DNA of 63,518 nucleotides, the filler included, from Octopus bimaculoides (Eukaryota): NCBI RefSeq assembly GCF_001194135.2. It is 5 parts of 5 records of this genome, joined end to end, with 100 filler letters (N's around TTAATTAATTAA, not from the genome) between each part and the next. Parts side by side here need not be neighbours in the genome. Positions count along the whole stretch, not along the records: positions 27,950 to 49,065 come from NC_068988.1; 4 more parts are not named here. The stretch is one strand, 5' to 3'. This document shows, in pieces, positions 37,040-48,843 of the stretch (position 1 is its first letter; the number at the start of each line of letters is the position of its first letter). The notes under the pieces are model-generated. The model ran no database searches. It saw only the letters and a list, made by a program, of their open reading frames with translations, and was not told where the DNA came from. A program made the translations under genes and the position numbers.

Positions 37040-38190
37040 AATCACTCATCACTACTTTTATGATGTGGTCTCTGTATATGTCACCATAATGTCAGCTTCA
37101 ACAACTGCTTGTATATAAGATCTAAATCATCCACAAGCTCGAATAAAGTGGTCCTGGTACATTTTGGACATTACTCTAACTATTGCAGCTTTCAAAGAAT
37201 CGTTGATGTTATGGGCATGCTCATTGACCTCTTTCTCAGCAACACTTCACATGCCATAGTCCAATGGATTGAGATCTGGGGAATTATGAGGCCAAATGTT
37301 AGGGGTTATGTGATCATGAACATTCCTGTTACTAGAGCCATGTATGATAGTGCAGAGTCTTACTGAAACACATATGGCCTTCCGTTGCATATACTTTCTA
37401 TCCAGGGCTTAACAATTGTTTCCAGGATCTCAAGGTAGGAGACAGAGTTAACTCTAAAGCCTTGTGGAAAGAAGTAAGGAGGCATCACAGGTCCTTTGTT
37501 GTTGACAACCCCTAAAAGCATGACAGTTGCAGGATATTTTGTATGCATAATACTCGGAACTTCAGAAGTACCTGCACATAACCATCTCTCATTTTTGATC
37601 TTGGTCGAAGTTTTTCTGATTTGAGAAATACCAAATCAAATCTTCTTCTGCTGGATTTTTCATTTTCTTTAAGAATCTTTTAGCTCTGATGTAGTGATTT
37701 TCTTTTGTTCTTTCTGACAAATTGACATTTCCTCATCATATAAGACATATCTGATGTCTTCATGGACAATATTTCTGACTGTTCCTTCTGACACATGGAG
37801 ATCTTTTGCAATTGATCTCATGGAATTCTGGGATTGTAATGAATCGTCTCTTGAACTTGCTGTATAAATTCAGGTTTTCTGATGATTTCAGAGCAGTTAG
37901 AATGCATTTTATGCTTTGATACCAGTGATACATTTCCATCTTCAGTACTCTAACTCCTTACAAACTTTGTAGACAAAAGATCTGGCAACTTTTAAAAATT
38001 GAGATATTTCTAAGCTGCTATGCTCAGCCTCAATAACCACAATAACAGCATGCCTCTTCCTTTCTTGAGTAAACTGAGGGTCTGCCATTATTATTTTCTG
38101 AAACAAAGATTGTACAGAGTTAGCAAAAAATGCAACAATGACCCCAAAAAGGGTCATTGTTGTATGTCCTCAAATACATTATGCACCCTA
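37040..38190 (-). mobile_element. Decayed maT (Bmmar1-like) Tc1/mariner transposon
   Basis: MADPQFTQERKRHAVI..LKVARSFVYKV; HTKYPATVMLLGVVNNKGPVMPPYFFPQG..LETIVKPWI..RPYVFQ*DSA; WPHNSPDLNPLDY; TIR-like end TA(T)AGGGTGCATAA. Confidence 0.85.
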
Positions 38191-38194
38191 TAAA

Positions 38195-38305
38195 ATCCAC
38201 TCACAAGGCTTCAGTAGGCCCAAAGCTATAGAAGAAGGTACTTACCAAAGAACTGAATCAGTAGGAATGAATCCAGAACCATGTGATTGGAAGGCAAGCT
38301 TACCA

Positions 38306-38310
<5 letters not shown>
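38195..38310 (-). mobile_element. SINE family A, degenerate 5' half
   Basis: AAATCCACTCACAAGGC...CAGAACCATGTGATTGGAAGGCAAGCTTACCACAC; similarly degenerate minus copies near 39780, 42870, 44860, 53230 and 54280. Confidence 0.7.
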
Positions 38311-38344
<34 letters not shown>

Positions 38345-39273
38345 GTGTGTGTGTGCGTGTGTGTGTGTGTGTGCATGCGTACTTATATACAATGGGTTCC
38401 TTTGACCAAATGTCCATAAAAAGTTGCTGATCTATCAACAGCTTTGATAGGAGACAGACACTTGCCTAAAATTTCACACAATGCACTTGAAACCAGAACC
38501 ACATGAACACGAGGTAAACTTCTTAACTGCACAGTACTGCCATGCCGTTCTTACATTCATGACCTTGGCCACCACCATTCTTTGCAATCTCTAACAATAA
38601 GTGTGGCATTCATTGAAACAAATGATGATTTACAGTGAACATTCTAGTAATTTCTTCTGGTGGTCATTTCAGTTCTTAAGTCATTTGTAAATGCACTAAG
38701 CTGAAAAGGATATCATTTAAACACAAGTCAGCATAAATATGTGTATATGGTTACTGTATACAGATCTCAATAATCATATTCTGACTATGGCTAGTGATTT
38801 ATTCCAGCCATTTTCCTGAGAAAGGTCCTCTGCAAATTACTTTGGTGACATTAAATAAAAGTTATTGTCCATGATTGTGATGGCCACATTTCTATATCTG
38901 TGGCTAGTTGGTTGGCTGGTTGGTTGGGTTCTTGTTATGTATGTTTGCATGTGCGTATTTAAATATCAATTTGTGTATGACATTAAGCATACATATGTAT
39001 GTACACATACAAAACCACACGGATATCTTCTACTCATAGGTATACACAAACATACACATATTCACAAGCATGTAGTATGTAGGAATAATATATTGAGACA
39101 AATATACATATAGATAGCACACTCACAGACATACATACGCATATATATATAGAGAGAGATAGATAGATAGATAGATAGATACATAGATAGATAGGCAGAT
39201 AGATAGATATACATACACATATACAGATATACATATACATATACATATATATATGTACACATGTACACACATA

Positions 39274-39324
<51 letters not shown>

Positions 39325-40371
39325 ATAAACATATGCAAATTTGGATACACAAGACAGAAAGATGGGTGGTAACTAAACAAGAATGAGATGGAAAGTATTG
39401 GTAAAGTTAAATTATATGTATGGTTGGTTAGTTAACAAATTTGCATTGTACTCATGAGGCCATGGGTTCAAATCCATTGGGTGACATATCTGTATTACAC
39501 ACTCAAATTGATCCAAACCTTTTGAGCAGAATTCTGCACCCCTTTGGATGAAGAATACCTATGATTCAAAGGGCCAGTTTGTCACACTTTGCCACGCCAA
39601 TACAGCTTCATTAAGGGTCTAATTGTATGAGGAGTACTCAGCCACTTATACTTATTATTAAATGAGTAAGTGGTTCAGTTGATTGAATAAATGAAATACT
39701 TATGGAAATTAATTTCTATAAATGATGGAGGACAAACACAAGCACACACACACACACACACACTTATACACATAACGGGTTTCTCTCCATTTCTATCTAC
39801 CAAATCCATTCACAAGGATTTGGTCAGCCTGAGACAAAATAGAAGACACCTGCCCAAGGTACTATGCAGTGGAACTGAACCTAGAATCATGTGAATGAGA
39901 AGCAAGCTTCTTACACAACATGCATATAATACCACCTTTAGTAGCTACCACATGCCATCCTACAGCAGGATCATTTCTAAGACTGGGTAAACATGTGGAA
40001 CTCTGCCATTGTATAAGTTTAATATAAGGATAATATAACATGAAGATGGAAATAGCAGGTTTTGATAGCTTGTTGTGATTTGCTATTAAAGCCTTCTATT
40101 TTCCATCCTCATATTATATCATTCTTTGATATATATATATATTTACACAGATGACCATACATAATCTAAAGAGACTGGTGTATTTAAGACTTATTATTTA
40201 GTAAAATTTATAAAGAGTGTACAGTAAAGTTTCTGTGGAGAATGGAAAACCCAATGTTTTTCTAATTTACAGGATTTAAATCCCCTCTGTCTCTCTAGTT
40301 AACTTTCTGGCAACTTTTCCCCGAAGAAAGATTCCCAGTGGTAAATTCACTGTACTCTTTTTATCAAATGT

Positions 40372-40528
40372 GGTTGGCGTTAGGAAGGGCATCCAGCCGT
40401 AGAAACTCTGCCAAATAAGATTGGAGCCTGGTGTAGCCATCTGGTCTCACCAGTCCTCAGTCAAATCGTCCAACCCATACTAGCATGGAAAGCAGACGTT
40501 AAACGACAACGATGATGATGATGACGAT
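40372..40528 (+). mobile_element. SINE/LINE-tail family B
   Basis: TGGTTGGCGTTAGGAAGGGCATCCAGCCGTAGAAACTCTGCC...AGCATGGAAAGCAGACGTTAAACGAC(GAT)n; a further copy at 41361-41458. Confidence 0.85.
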
Positions 40529-40574
40529 ATATATATATATATATTATTATTATTATTATTATTATCATCATCCA

Positions 40575-40710
40575 AATTCCACCGAGGTCGACTTTGCCTT
40601 TTATCATTTCAGGGTCGATAAATCAAGTACCAGTTGAGTACTGGGTTGATGTGATCGACTGTCCCCCTCCCCACAAAATCCAGGCCTTGTGCCTATAGTA
40701 GAAAGCATTA
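40575..40710 (+). mobile_element. SINE family C, 5'-truncated
   Basis: AAATTCCACCGAGGTCGACTTTGCCTTT...GGCCTTGTGCCTATAGTAGAAAG. Confidence 0.8.
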
Positions 40711-40719
40711 CTATCATTA

Positions 40720-41079
40720 TTTATTGTCTTTGCACAGCTTCTAATGTACTACGGTGCCAGGTGTTCACTACCAGTGAACTAAGAAGGTAACACCCCTTAT
40801 TTTTCGAGCACCAGTCAGAGTATTCGAGCGGTTCCAAGCAGTGCTGTTTTCTGCAAGTGCTCCACCCTTATTGTGGCCCCTAGTTGTTTCATGTACTTCT
40901 CAAGATTTTTACTCTCTGTTCGCAGGCCTCCAACAATTATTGGTACTATTACCACCTTTTCCATCGACCACAATTGCTTAACCTCCCAAGCTAACTTGTC
41001 ATATCTATCGAATTTTCTTTCTTCCTTATCGCATACCTTGTTGTCAGCTGGGCATGCTATATCTATGATCCAATATCGC

Positions 41080-41082
<3 letters not shown>
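40720..41082 (-). mobile_element. R4/Dong-clade retrotransposon, 5'-truncated 3' end (REL endonuclease C-terminus plus 3' UTR)
   Basis: IIDIACPADNKVCDKEERKFDRYDKLAWEVKQLWSMEKVVIVPIIVGGL..LQKTALLGTARIL fits the REL signature D/E-x..P-x-D...K..KY..L..E...LW..PIVIG.LG and the conserved LQK.ALLGT.RIL end. Confidence 0.88.
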
Positions 41083-41116
<34 letters not shown>

Positions 41117-41127
41117 TGATATTATTA

Positions 41128-41345
41128 TTAAGGTGGTAAGCTGGCAGAATCTCTAGTGCACTAACCAAAGGGCTTAGTGGCACTTTGTTCATCTTTATGC
41201 TTTGAATTCAAATTCTGCTGAGGTTAATTTTACCTTTCATCTTTCCAGGGCTAATGAAATAAGTACCAGTTACATACTGGGATGTATGTCATTGACTAGC
41301 CCCATCCCCCAAAATGTCAGGCATTGTGCCTATAGTAGAAAGGAT
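41128..41345 (+). mobile_element. SINE family C, full length, flanked by (TTA)n
   Basis: AAGGTGGTAAGCTGGCAGAATC...GAATTCAAATTCTGCTGAGG...GTGCCTATAGTAGAAAGGATTATTATT. Confidence 0.8.
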
Positions 41346-41638
41346 TATTATTATTATTATTGGAGCCTGGTGTAGCCATCCGGTTGCACCAGTCCTCAGT
41401 CAAATCGTCCAACCCATGCTAGCATGGAAAGCGGACGTTAAACGATGATGATGATTATTGTCATTTAAAAGCAGTTTGTTTGAGTTCCATGCAACTTAAA
41501 GTTTCACAGGCCACATAGATGTAACTCTTATCAAACTGTTTTAAATATAATACATGTAACTTCTATTAAATCTGTTGAATATTATTATCTTTCATTTGTT
41601 CACTTACTTGTATACACACACACTTTCACACACACACA

Positions 41639-41689
<51 letters not shown>

Positions 41690-41853
41690 ACACACGTATA
41701 TGTATATATACCCTTTCAGTTTGTCTATGGAAACGTTTTGAATATGCATATATAAGATCTTGTCTTATTATGTTGTCTACAGCCCAATGATACCAACTGT
41801 CAATAACAGTTTTTTGGGGTTGTACCAAGCTGTGCCAATACAATGTAGAATAA

Positions 41854-41925
<72 letters not shown>

Positions 41926-42488
41926 TAATAATAATAATGATAATAATAATAATTCATGGATGGAATTTATAAATATTTTAATGCATGTAGTGATGCATTA
42001 AGATATTGCATTAAACACTTATAAATTTCATCCATGGATTATATCATTATATCATTATCATTATATTATTATTATTATTATTATTATTANNNNNNNNNNN
42101 NNNNNNNNNNNNNNNNNNNNNNNNNNNNNNNNNNNNNNNNNNNNNNNNNNNNNNNNNNNNNNTATATATATATATATATATATTATCATCATATATATAT
42201 GTATGTATATATATATATATTTGTGTGTGTATGTGTGTGTGTGTGTGTGTGTGTTTGTGTGTATGTATATATATATATATGACAGCAATGAAAATAGTCA
42301 GTAAGATCCATGGAGGTAGAGTCCAAAAGAGTACAAAGAACTATTCGTAATCTTGGTGGAGTGCAGGTTATGTGGATGAGGAAAAGTACTGAAAGTTCGA
42401 GAAGTAGTTAAGATGAAAGTCCAACAGAGTAGGAAGTTCAGTCAGGCAGCATCAAACTGGGATAACCACATGAGCATATAATATATAG

Positions 42489-42857
42489 TTCAAATTTACA
42501 GAAAACAAAAGACAAAGACATGTGTAGGAACAACAAGCAATTGTGTTAGTTTAACACTCAGAAAGAATGGAAAAGTCTTTTATGCTTCGAGCGTGTGCTC
42601 TTCAACAGAAAGGATTAAGAGGAAAAAAATGGAAAGAAAATATGTGCAGAGTTTAAACAGTCCAACATCTCATTATGTTGGACCGTTAAACTCTGCACAT
42701 TTTTTTTCTCTCTCTGATTTTTTTTTTTTGTTCTCTCTCCATTTTTTTCTCTTTAATCTTTTCTGTGAAAGAGCATAGGCTCAAAACATAAAAAAACTAA
42801 TACAACTGCTTGTTGTCCCTACATCTGTTTTCATCATTTGTTTTCTGTAAATTTGAA
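42489..42857. repeat. Foldback (long inverted repeat) element
   Basis: TTCAAATTTACAGAAAACAAA at 42489 is the exact reverse complement of 42837-42857; central ~26-bp stem 42642-42668/42675-42700 around a 6-nt loop. Confidence 0.85.
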
Positions 42858-43405
42858 TGATGTATATGATAGGCTGTTTTCAGCTTCCATCTACCAAATA
42901 CCGTCATAAGGCATTGGTCAATTTTGGGCAAGTATCTTCACCTAGAGTCTGAGGTTACACATGAAGATGCTAACTCAAAGTGCCATATAGTAGGACTGAT
43001 CCAGAAACCAAGTGGTTCTAAAGCAAATTTCTTACATACAGTCATACTTGCGCGCACACATACACATATGCATGCATGCATTTACACACATATGCACACA
43101 TACAAAGACACACAGTAAAGAGTAGGAAAAGTTACAACTGAATGATATAGAAACATAGTACCTATTGACAGGCACATGACTATTTGTTGTCATAGCAACG
43201 AAAATTCATTGACTCTTTCATATATAACATATTAACTGGTCGTTTGACACTCATTCTACTAAACTTCTTAGACTCAACCTGAATAATTACATTCTCTAAT
43301 CTTAACACAGCTTCCCCAAATTACATGCATACACACATATAATATAAACATATGTATGTATCTACTTATTGATCTTTCTTTCTCTCTCTCTCTGTATATA
43401 TGTGT

Positions 43406-43456
<51 letters not shown>

Positions 43457-44297
43457 AAATAACAATGGACTGAGATGTCTGGCAATATGAGTTTCTAGAG
43501 AAGACCCGCCCACATCAGCAAAACTGAGTTTTAAATATATTGTGTTCCATGGACATGTAACAATAACATTTTTTCACACCCTACCCCAACAAACCAAACT
43601 ACATCTCTCCCAAACTGTATCTCTTCCCTTCCTCACATTTCCCCTTCATATATTATGATTATCTCCCACTCCCAAATCTTGTCCTCACTACTTGGCTCAC
43701 TGTATCGTTACTGCCCGCCACCCCTACATTTACCTAGCTCCTCATCAGTTACAGCATTCTCCACCCTGACTCCTAACTCACACCTCATGGTAATACCTCA
43801 ACATGTATATTATGACCTCTATATTTTGGGGATATGTCCTGGCACCTGCTACCATTTATTTCTCCCATCTATGTTCTGATCCCCATTGCTTATGAGTATA
43901 CTCTGGCACCACACTGCCATCTCTCTCCTGCTCTCTCTATGGTACTCTTACTGCCTCCCACTCTCTCTCTTTTCCCTTGCTCTTCCCTCTGGCTGTGTAA
44001 CCATGTATCTCCTCTACAGCAGCAGCAGCATCAGCACACTTGTTTCTGTCCTCTTCCTTATTAATTCTCTCTTTCTCTTGCTTTCTTTCTCCCTCTTTCT
44101 TTCCTTCTCTCCCCCTCTCTCTTCTCTCTCTCACTCTCTCTGGCTGGGTAAGCGTGTGCCTCCTTTACAGCAAGACACTTACCTATTTTTCTCTCTGTCA
44201 CACTCTAGCCATTCAACATCTGACAAAAGATCACTTCCTCCAATGCTCCTCCCTCTCCTCTCAAAAATTCCTTATCTTGAAAAGATACTTGGTGACT

Positions 44298-44600
44298 CTA
44301 CCAGTGCTGGTGCCACTTAAAAAGCATCCAGTCCACACTGTAAAGTGGTTGGCATTTGGAAGGGCATCCAACTGCAAAACCCATGCTAGAACTGACTTCA
44401 CCTGTGCTGGTGCCACATAAAAAGCACTCAGTCCACTCTGTGGGCTAGTTGGTATTAGAAGGGACATCCAGTCATAAAAAAAAAGACAATGCCAAAACAG
44501 ACACAGATGTGTGGTGCAGGTTTCTGCCTGGTCAGCTCCGGTCAAACCAACTAACCCATGCCAGCATGGAAGGAGGCTGTTAAACAGTGATGAAGATAGT
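44298..44600 (+). mobile_element. SINE/LINE-tail family B, degenerate, with internal repeat
   Basis: GTGCTGGTGCCAC.TAAAAAGCA..CAGTCCACACT twice; GGTTGGCATTTGGAAGGGCATCCAAC; CCCATGCCAGCATGGAAG. Confidence 0.7.
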
Positions 44601-44718
44601 GNNNNNNNNNNNNNNNNNNNNNNNNNNNNNNNNNNNNNNNNNNNNNNNNNNNNNNNNNNNNNNNNNNNNNNNNNNNNNNNNNNNNNNNNNNNNNNNNNNN
44701 NNNNNNNNNNNNNNNNNN

Positions 44719-44754
<36 letters not shown>

Positions 44755-45244
44755 CACATGTATGTATATGTGTGTGTGTATAAGTACAAATATATCCACA
44801 CGCATGTATGCACATACACACATATACACACACATACGCGCACACACAACAGGCTTGTTTTAGTGTCCATCTACAAAATCTATTGCTGAGCCTGAGACAT
44901 TAGTAGAAGACAAATGCCCAAAGTGTCATGTAGTGAGCCTGAACCTGTAATCCATGTGGTTGGGAAGCAAGCTTCTTACCACACAGCTACTTATCAAAAC
45001 AAGTGTAATTAAAATGCATAAAATATTTGCTGTTTCTACATGTCCTAGAATCCATTATGTATCCCTATGTTTAAGAAGTAGCAGCTGAATATATTTGCAG
45101 TATTTGAAAGTGTACATATTTATTTATTGCATATGGGAGCCTCCATCCTTTGGTACAAAATATAGCAGATAGCTTTAAACCAGTCAACGAGGCACTGATT
45201 AACCTCCACTCATATCAAAATTATGTGCTCTGGGCTGTGTCAAC

Positions 45245-45657
45245 TTGGGAGGGTCATTATGCCAATAATGAACTTATGTACAAGTTCAATTAACTTCATT
45301 ATTATTCATTAATTGGTTAACTCGTTAATCAACTCACTAATAAATTTTTAATTAATCATTTGATGAATCAACAATCAATTATGCTTGCCAATGTTCTTTT
45401 TTTTTTACCATTTGTGACTCTTCAATGATCTGCCCTCTCTTCTCCTAGTTAGCTTCAGAATAAAGAGGGCATGTTATTGAAGAGCTCATGAATTCAAGGG
45501 ACAGACATTGATAAACATAACAGATTGATTGATTAACCAAATGTTCATTCAAAAAATTGATTAGTTAATTGATGAAATAGTTAACCAATTAACAAATAAT
45601 AAAGAAGTGAAATAGAATCAATGTGTGTATTCATTATTAAGACAATTACCCTCTCAA
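45245..45657. repeat. Second foldback element, AT-rich and degenerate
   Basis: TTGGGAGGGTCATTATGCCAATAATGAA versus reverse complement TTGAGAGGGTAATTGTCTTAATAATGAA; inner pairs CTCTTCAA/TTGAAGAG and TGCCCTCT/AGAGGGCA. Confidence 0.7.
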
Positions 45658-45817
45658 GGTAAAAAAAACAATACATTATAACATTTTACATATAATGATT
45701 GTGGGAAATTACCTAGTGACACCAACTATATAGTTAAATTTGCAGTATGTGTGATATTTTATTTTTAATCAAGCTCTCGTAGTAATTAGATAATGAAAAA
45801 ATTAAATACATGACTTA

Positions 45818-46226
45818 GCGCAGGAGTGGCTATGTGCTAAGTAGATTGCTTACCAACCACTTGGTTCTGGGTTCAGTCCCACTGCGTGGCACCTTGGGCA
45901 AGTGTCTTTTACTATAGCCTCGGGCCAACCAAAGCCTTGTGAATGGATTTGATAGGCAGAAACTGAAAGAAGCCTGTCGTATATATGCATATATGTGTGT
46001 GTGTGTGTGTGTATATGTTTGTGTGTTTGTGTTTGTCCCCCAACATTGCTTGAGAATCGATGCTGGTGTATTTACGTCCCTGTAACTTAGTGGTTTGGCA
46101 ACAGAGACCGATATAATAAGTACTAGGCTTACAAAGAATAAGTCCTGGAGTCGATTTCTTCGACTAAAGGCGGTGCTCCAGCATGGCCGCAGTCAAATAA
46201 CTGAAACAAGTAAAAAAGTAAAAGAG
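45818..46226 (+). mobile_element. SINE family A, full length
   Basis: GCGCAGGAGTGGCT head to AAAGGCGGTGCTCCAGCATGGCCGCAGTCAAATAACTGAAACAAGTAAAA tail. Confidence 0.92.
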
Positions 46227-46344
46227 TTAATCTGAAAAAACAAGAGTGACAACTTTCAAATTATTCATTAATAATATTAACGCATGAACCAGAGTGATGA
46301 GCTGGCACAGTCAATACCAGGTAAAATGTTTAGCAGAACTTCAG

Positions 46345-46862
46345 GTAAAATGGCCTCACACTCAACACAGAGACCTGCATCAAGTGCCTGGAGGAGGTAG
46401 TGCTACCCTGGGTCAAAGAAGGTGACTGCTGGAAGACCCTATCTGGCAACAGGACTCTGAAACATGCCATACAAACAGGAGAACTCAGTCATGGCTGCCA
46501 GACAATTCCTGCGACCACATTACTACTAACATCTGGCTACCTAACTTACCAGACTGCAATCCCCTTGATTATTATGTGTGGGATGCAGTTGAGCCAGAGA
46601 TCATCAATACTTCTTGTAACATCAAAGATGAACTGAAGGCAAGGATTATGGTAGCATAGCATTCACCAACTTAAACAATGAGACCATTGAGAAGAGTTGC
46701 AGGAGATTCCGAAGTTGTCCGAAAGCCATGATTGAAGCCAATTGTGATTCTATTGAAGGAATTTACTCTTTAGAATTTCAAGATATTTTTATGCAATTTT
46801 GGTAAATATGAGACATCAATGTTATTTTCATTTAGACGACAGTATATTCACTACACCCTGTA
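46345..46862 (+). mobile_element. maT (DD37D) transposon, 3' part with TIR
   Basis: CLEEVVLPWV..WQQDSETCHTNRRTQSWLPDNSCDHITTNIWLPNLPDCNPLDYYVW has exactly 37 residues between the last two catalytic Asp; ends ..TATTCACTACACCCTG TA (TIR CAGGGTG, TA target). Confidence 0.9.
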
Positions 46863-47439
46863 TACACACACACACAGGCACACACACACACACACACACA
46901 CACACAAGTGTGAGTGTTATGTGTATGCATGCATACATACACACACAAAGAAACATAAATACAGAGCCGAAAATGACTAAAATATGTACCCATCCATGGG
47001 GCATTCAAATAATACACCTTACTATAAATCTCCTATTGTATGTATCAGTAATCATATTGCAGTCTCATTGCAAAATGTTGAAGTTACACAATTTATAAGT
47101 AAACATTTTGAATCAGGTGGGTCTTTAACTCAAAAAAAAAAAAAGATATATTTCTTCAAAGAGGATGCTTGTAGGTATGAAATATAATACAGACAAAATA
47201 TTTACAAAATATCATAAACACATAGAACAGAAATTAGAGAAGCAGTTTGGAGACATGAAAGTTAAAACATTAAACTCTAAAGTTCATCAGTTGAAATAAT
47301 AACTTACAGTCACAGCTGAGACACTAAAATATAAATTTATATGTTTTAATGCTAAATATTGAATAGATTGTTTACTAGAGATCCCCAATATGAATCTCAT
47401 AGTTAGATTGATTTTCTTTTTTTTCTGAGATTAAATAAA

Positions 47440-48000
47440 CAACCCAGTCTCTATATGTGAAAAAAAATGTTCCACCAGAAAATTATGTTGAAAGCTACTG
47501 GAAGTCTGTGTGGGTAACAAATAATCAGTCCAACAAACAAGTTGTTTGGATAAAACTTGATTGGGGCTACAGCAAATATGTTGAACAAAAACAATATGAA
47601 ATGATGGAGTGGCAACGCTAAGCAGCGATGTGTATAAACACAAGGTTATTACCAGTTCAAATATGTTTAGGGTATATAAGTACATGGTACAGGAATTGGT
47701 AATAACGCTGTAATAATGTTGTAATAACCTTGTAAATATGAAATTAATAGCACAGTACTGGAAAGAGTCATAAGGAAAGAGATTATCAGAAAATCTCCAG
47801 TCCTAGATCTTTCAAGAATCTCATCTTTTATCACCAAGATTTGATGCTACCATATGAAAAGATCATCAAGAGTCCATTAGACTTGGTTGACTGGCTTTAA
47901 ACTACCATGACTCTTCTTCTTCCAATGAAGAGGCAACAAACCACTCTACTTAAAAAATTCTATCAAATAGTTTGCCAAAATATCATGTGGAACATAAAAA
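47440..48000 (+). mobile_element. Decayed R4/Dong-clade retrotransposon, pre-RT and RT N-terminal region
   Basis: PPENYVESYWKSVWVTNNQSNKQVVWIK (cf. E.FW..IW....HN..A.W) and FYHQDLMLPYEKIIKSPLDLVDWL*TTMTLLLP..KFYQIVCQNIMW (cf. H..L...F..I...P...P.WL..G.T.L.PK..NYRPITCL). Confidence 0.65.
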
Positions 48001-48030
48001 AATAGGTACCCCAATTTGTCCTTACAGGAC

Positions 48031-48065
<35 letters not shown>

Positions 48066-48480
48066 CTCTCTTTACTCTTTTACTTGTTTCAGTCATTTGA
48101 CTGTGGCCATGCTGGAGCACCACCTTTAGTCGAGTAAATTGACCCCAGGACTTATTCTTTGTAAGCCTAGAACTTATTCTATCAGTCCCTTTCACTGAGC
48201 CACTAAGTTACGGGGACGTACACACACCAGCATCGATTGTCAAAAGCAATGCTGGGGGGACAAACACAGACACACAAACATATACATACACATACATATA
48301 TATATATTTGCATATATATGATGGGCTTCTTTCAGTTTCCGTCTACCAAATTCACTCACAAGGCTTTGGTTGGCCCGAGGCTATAGTAGAAGACACTTAC
48401 CCAAGGTTCCACGCAGTGGAACTGAACCTGGAACCATGTGGTTCATAAGCAAGCTACTTACCACACAGCCACTCCTATGC
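48066..48480 (-). mobile_element. SINE family A, full length
   Basis: Reverse complement of the complete head-core-microsatellite-tail structure. Confidence 0.92.
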
Positions 48481-48581
48481 CACGCACACATTATACATGT
48501 AGATATGTATGTATACATACACACATATACATACACATTTATATGCATGCATATTCAAACATTTACAGACAAACACACATG

Positions 48582-48804
48582 TACGAGGGATTCTGGAAAG
48601 TTTTTGGCTTTAAGGGTATCGTGAAAAGCCTAGCTGGAAGCCAACCTTCTGATTTCTTTTACAGGGCATTACAAAAACTGAAGGACCACTCCACTGCAAT
48701 AAATGTGTGAATCTGAGAGTGGAACATGTTGAATAAAATCAATTAGCTGATCCTCCTGTATTTTCTTTTACTCAAAGCCAGAAACTTTTCAGAACTCTCT
48801 CATA
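48582..48804 (+). mobile_element. Mariner-derived MITE (internal-deletion derivative)
   Basis: ~30-bp TIRs (TA)CGAGGGATTCTGGAAAGTTTTTGGCTTT / reverse complement (TA)TGAGAGAGTTCTGAAAAGTTTCTGGCTTT with TA flanks; the interior keeps a remnant of the transposase end (QGITKLKD..CNKCVNLRVEHVE*, frameshifted). Confidence 0.8.
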
Positions 48805-48843
48805 TTACAGGGATTTAAACACACCAGCATCGGTTGTCAAGTA

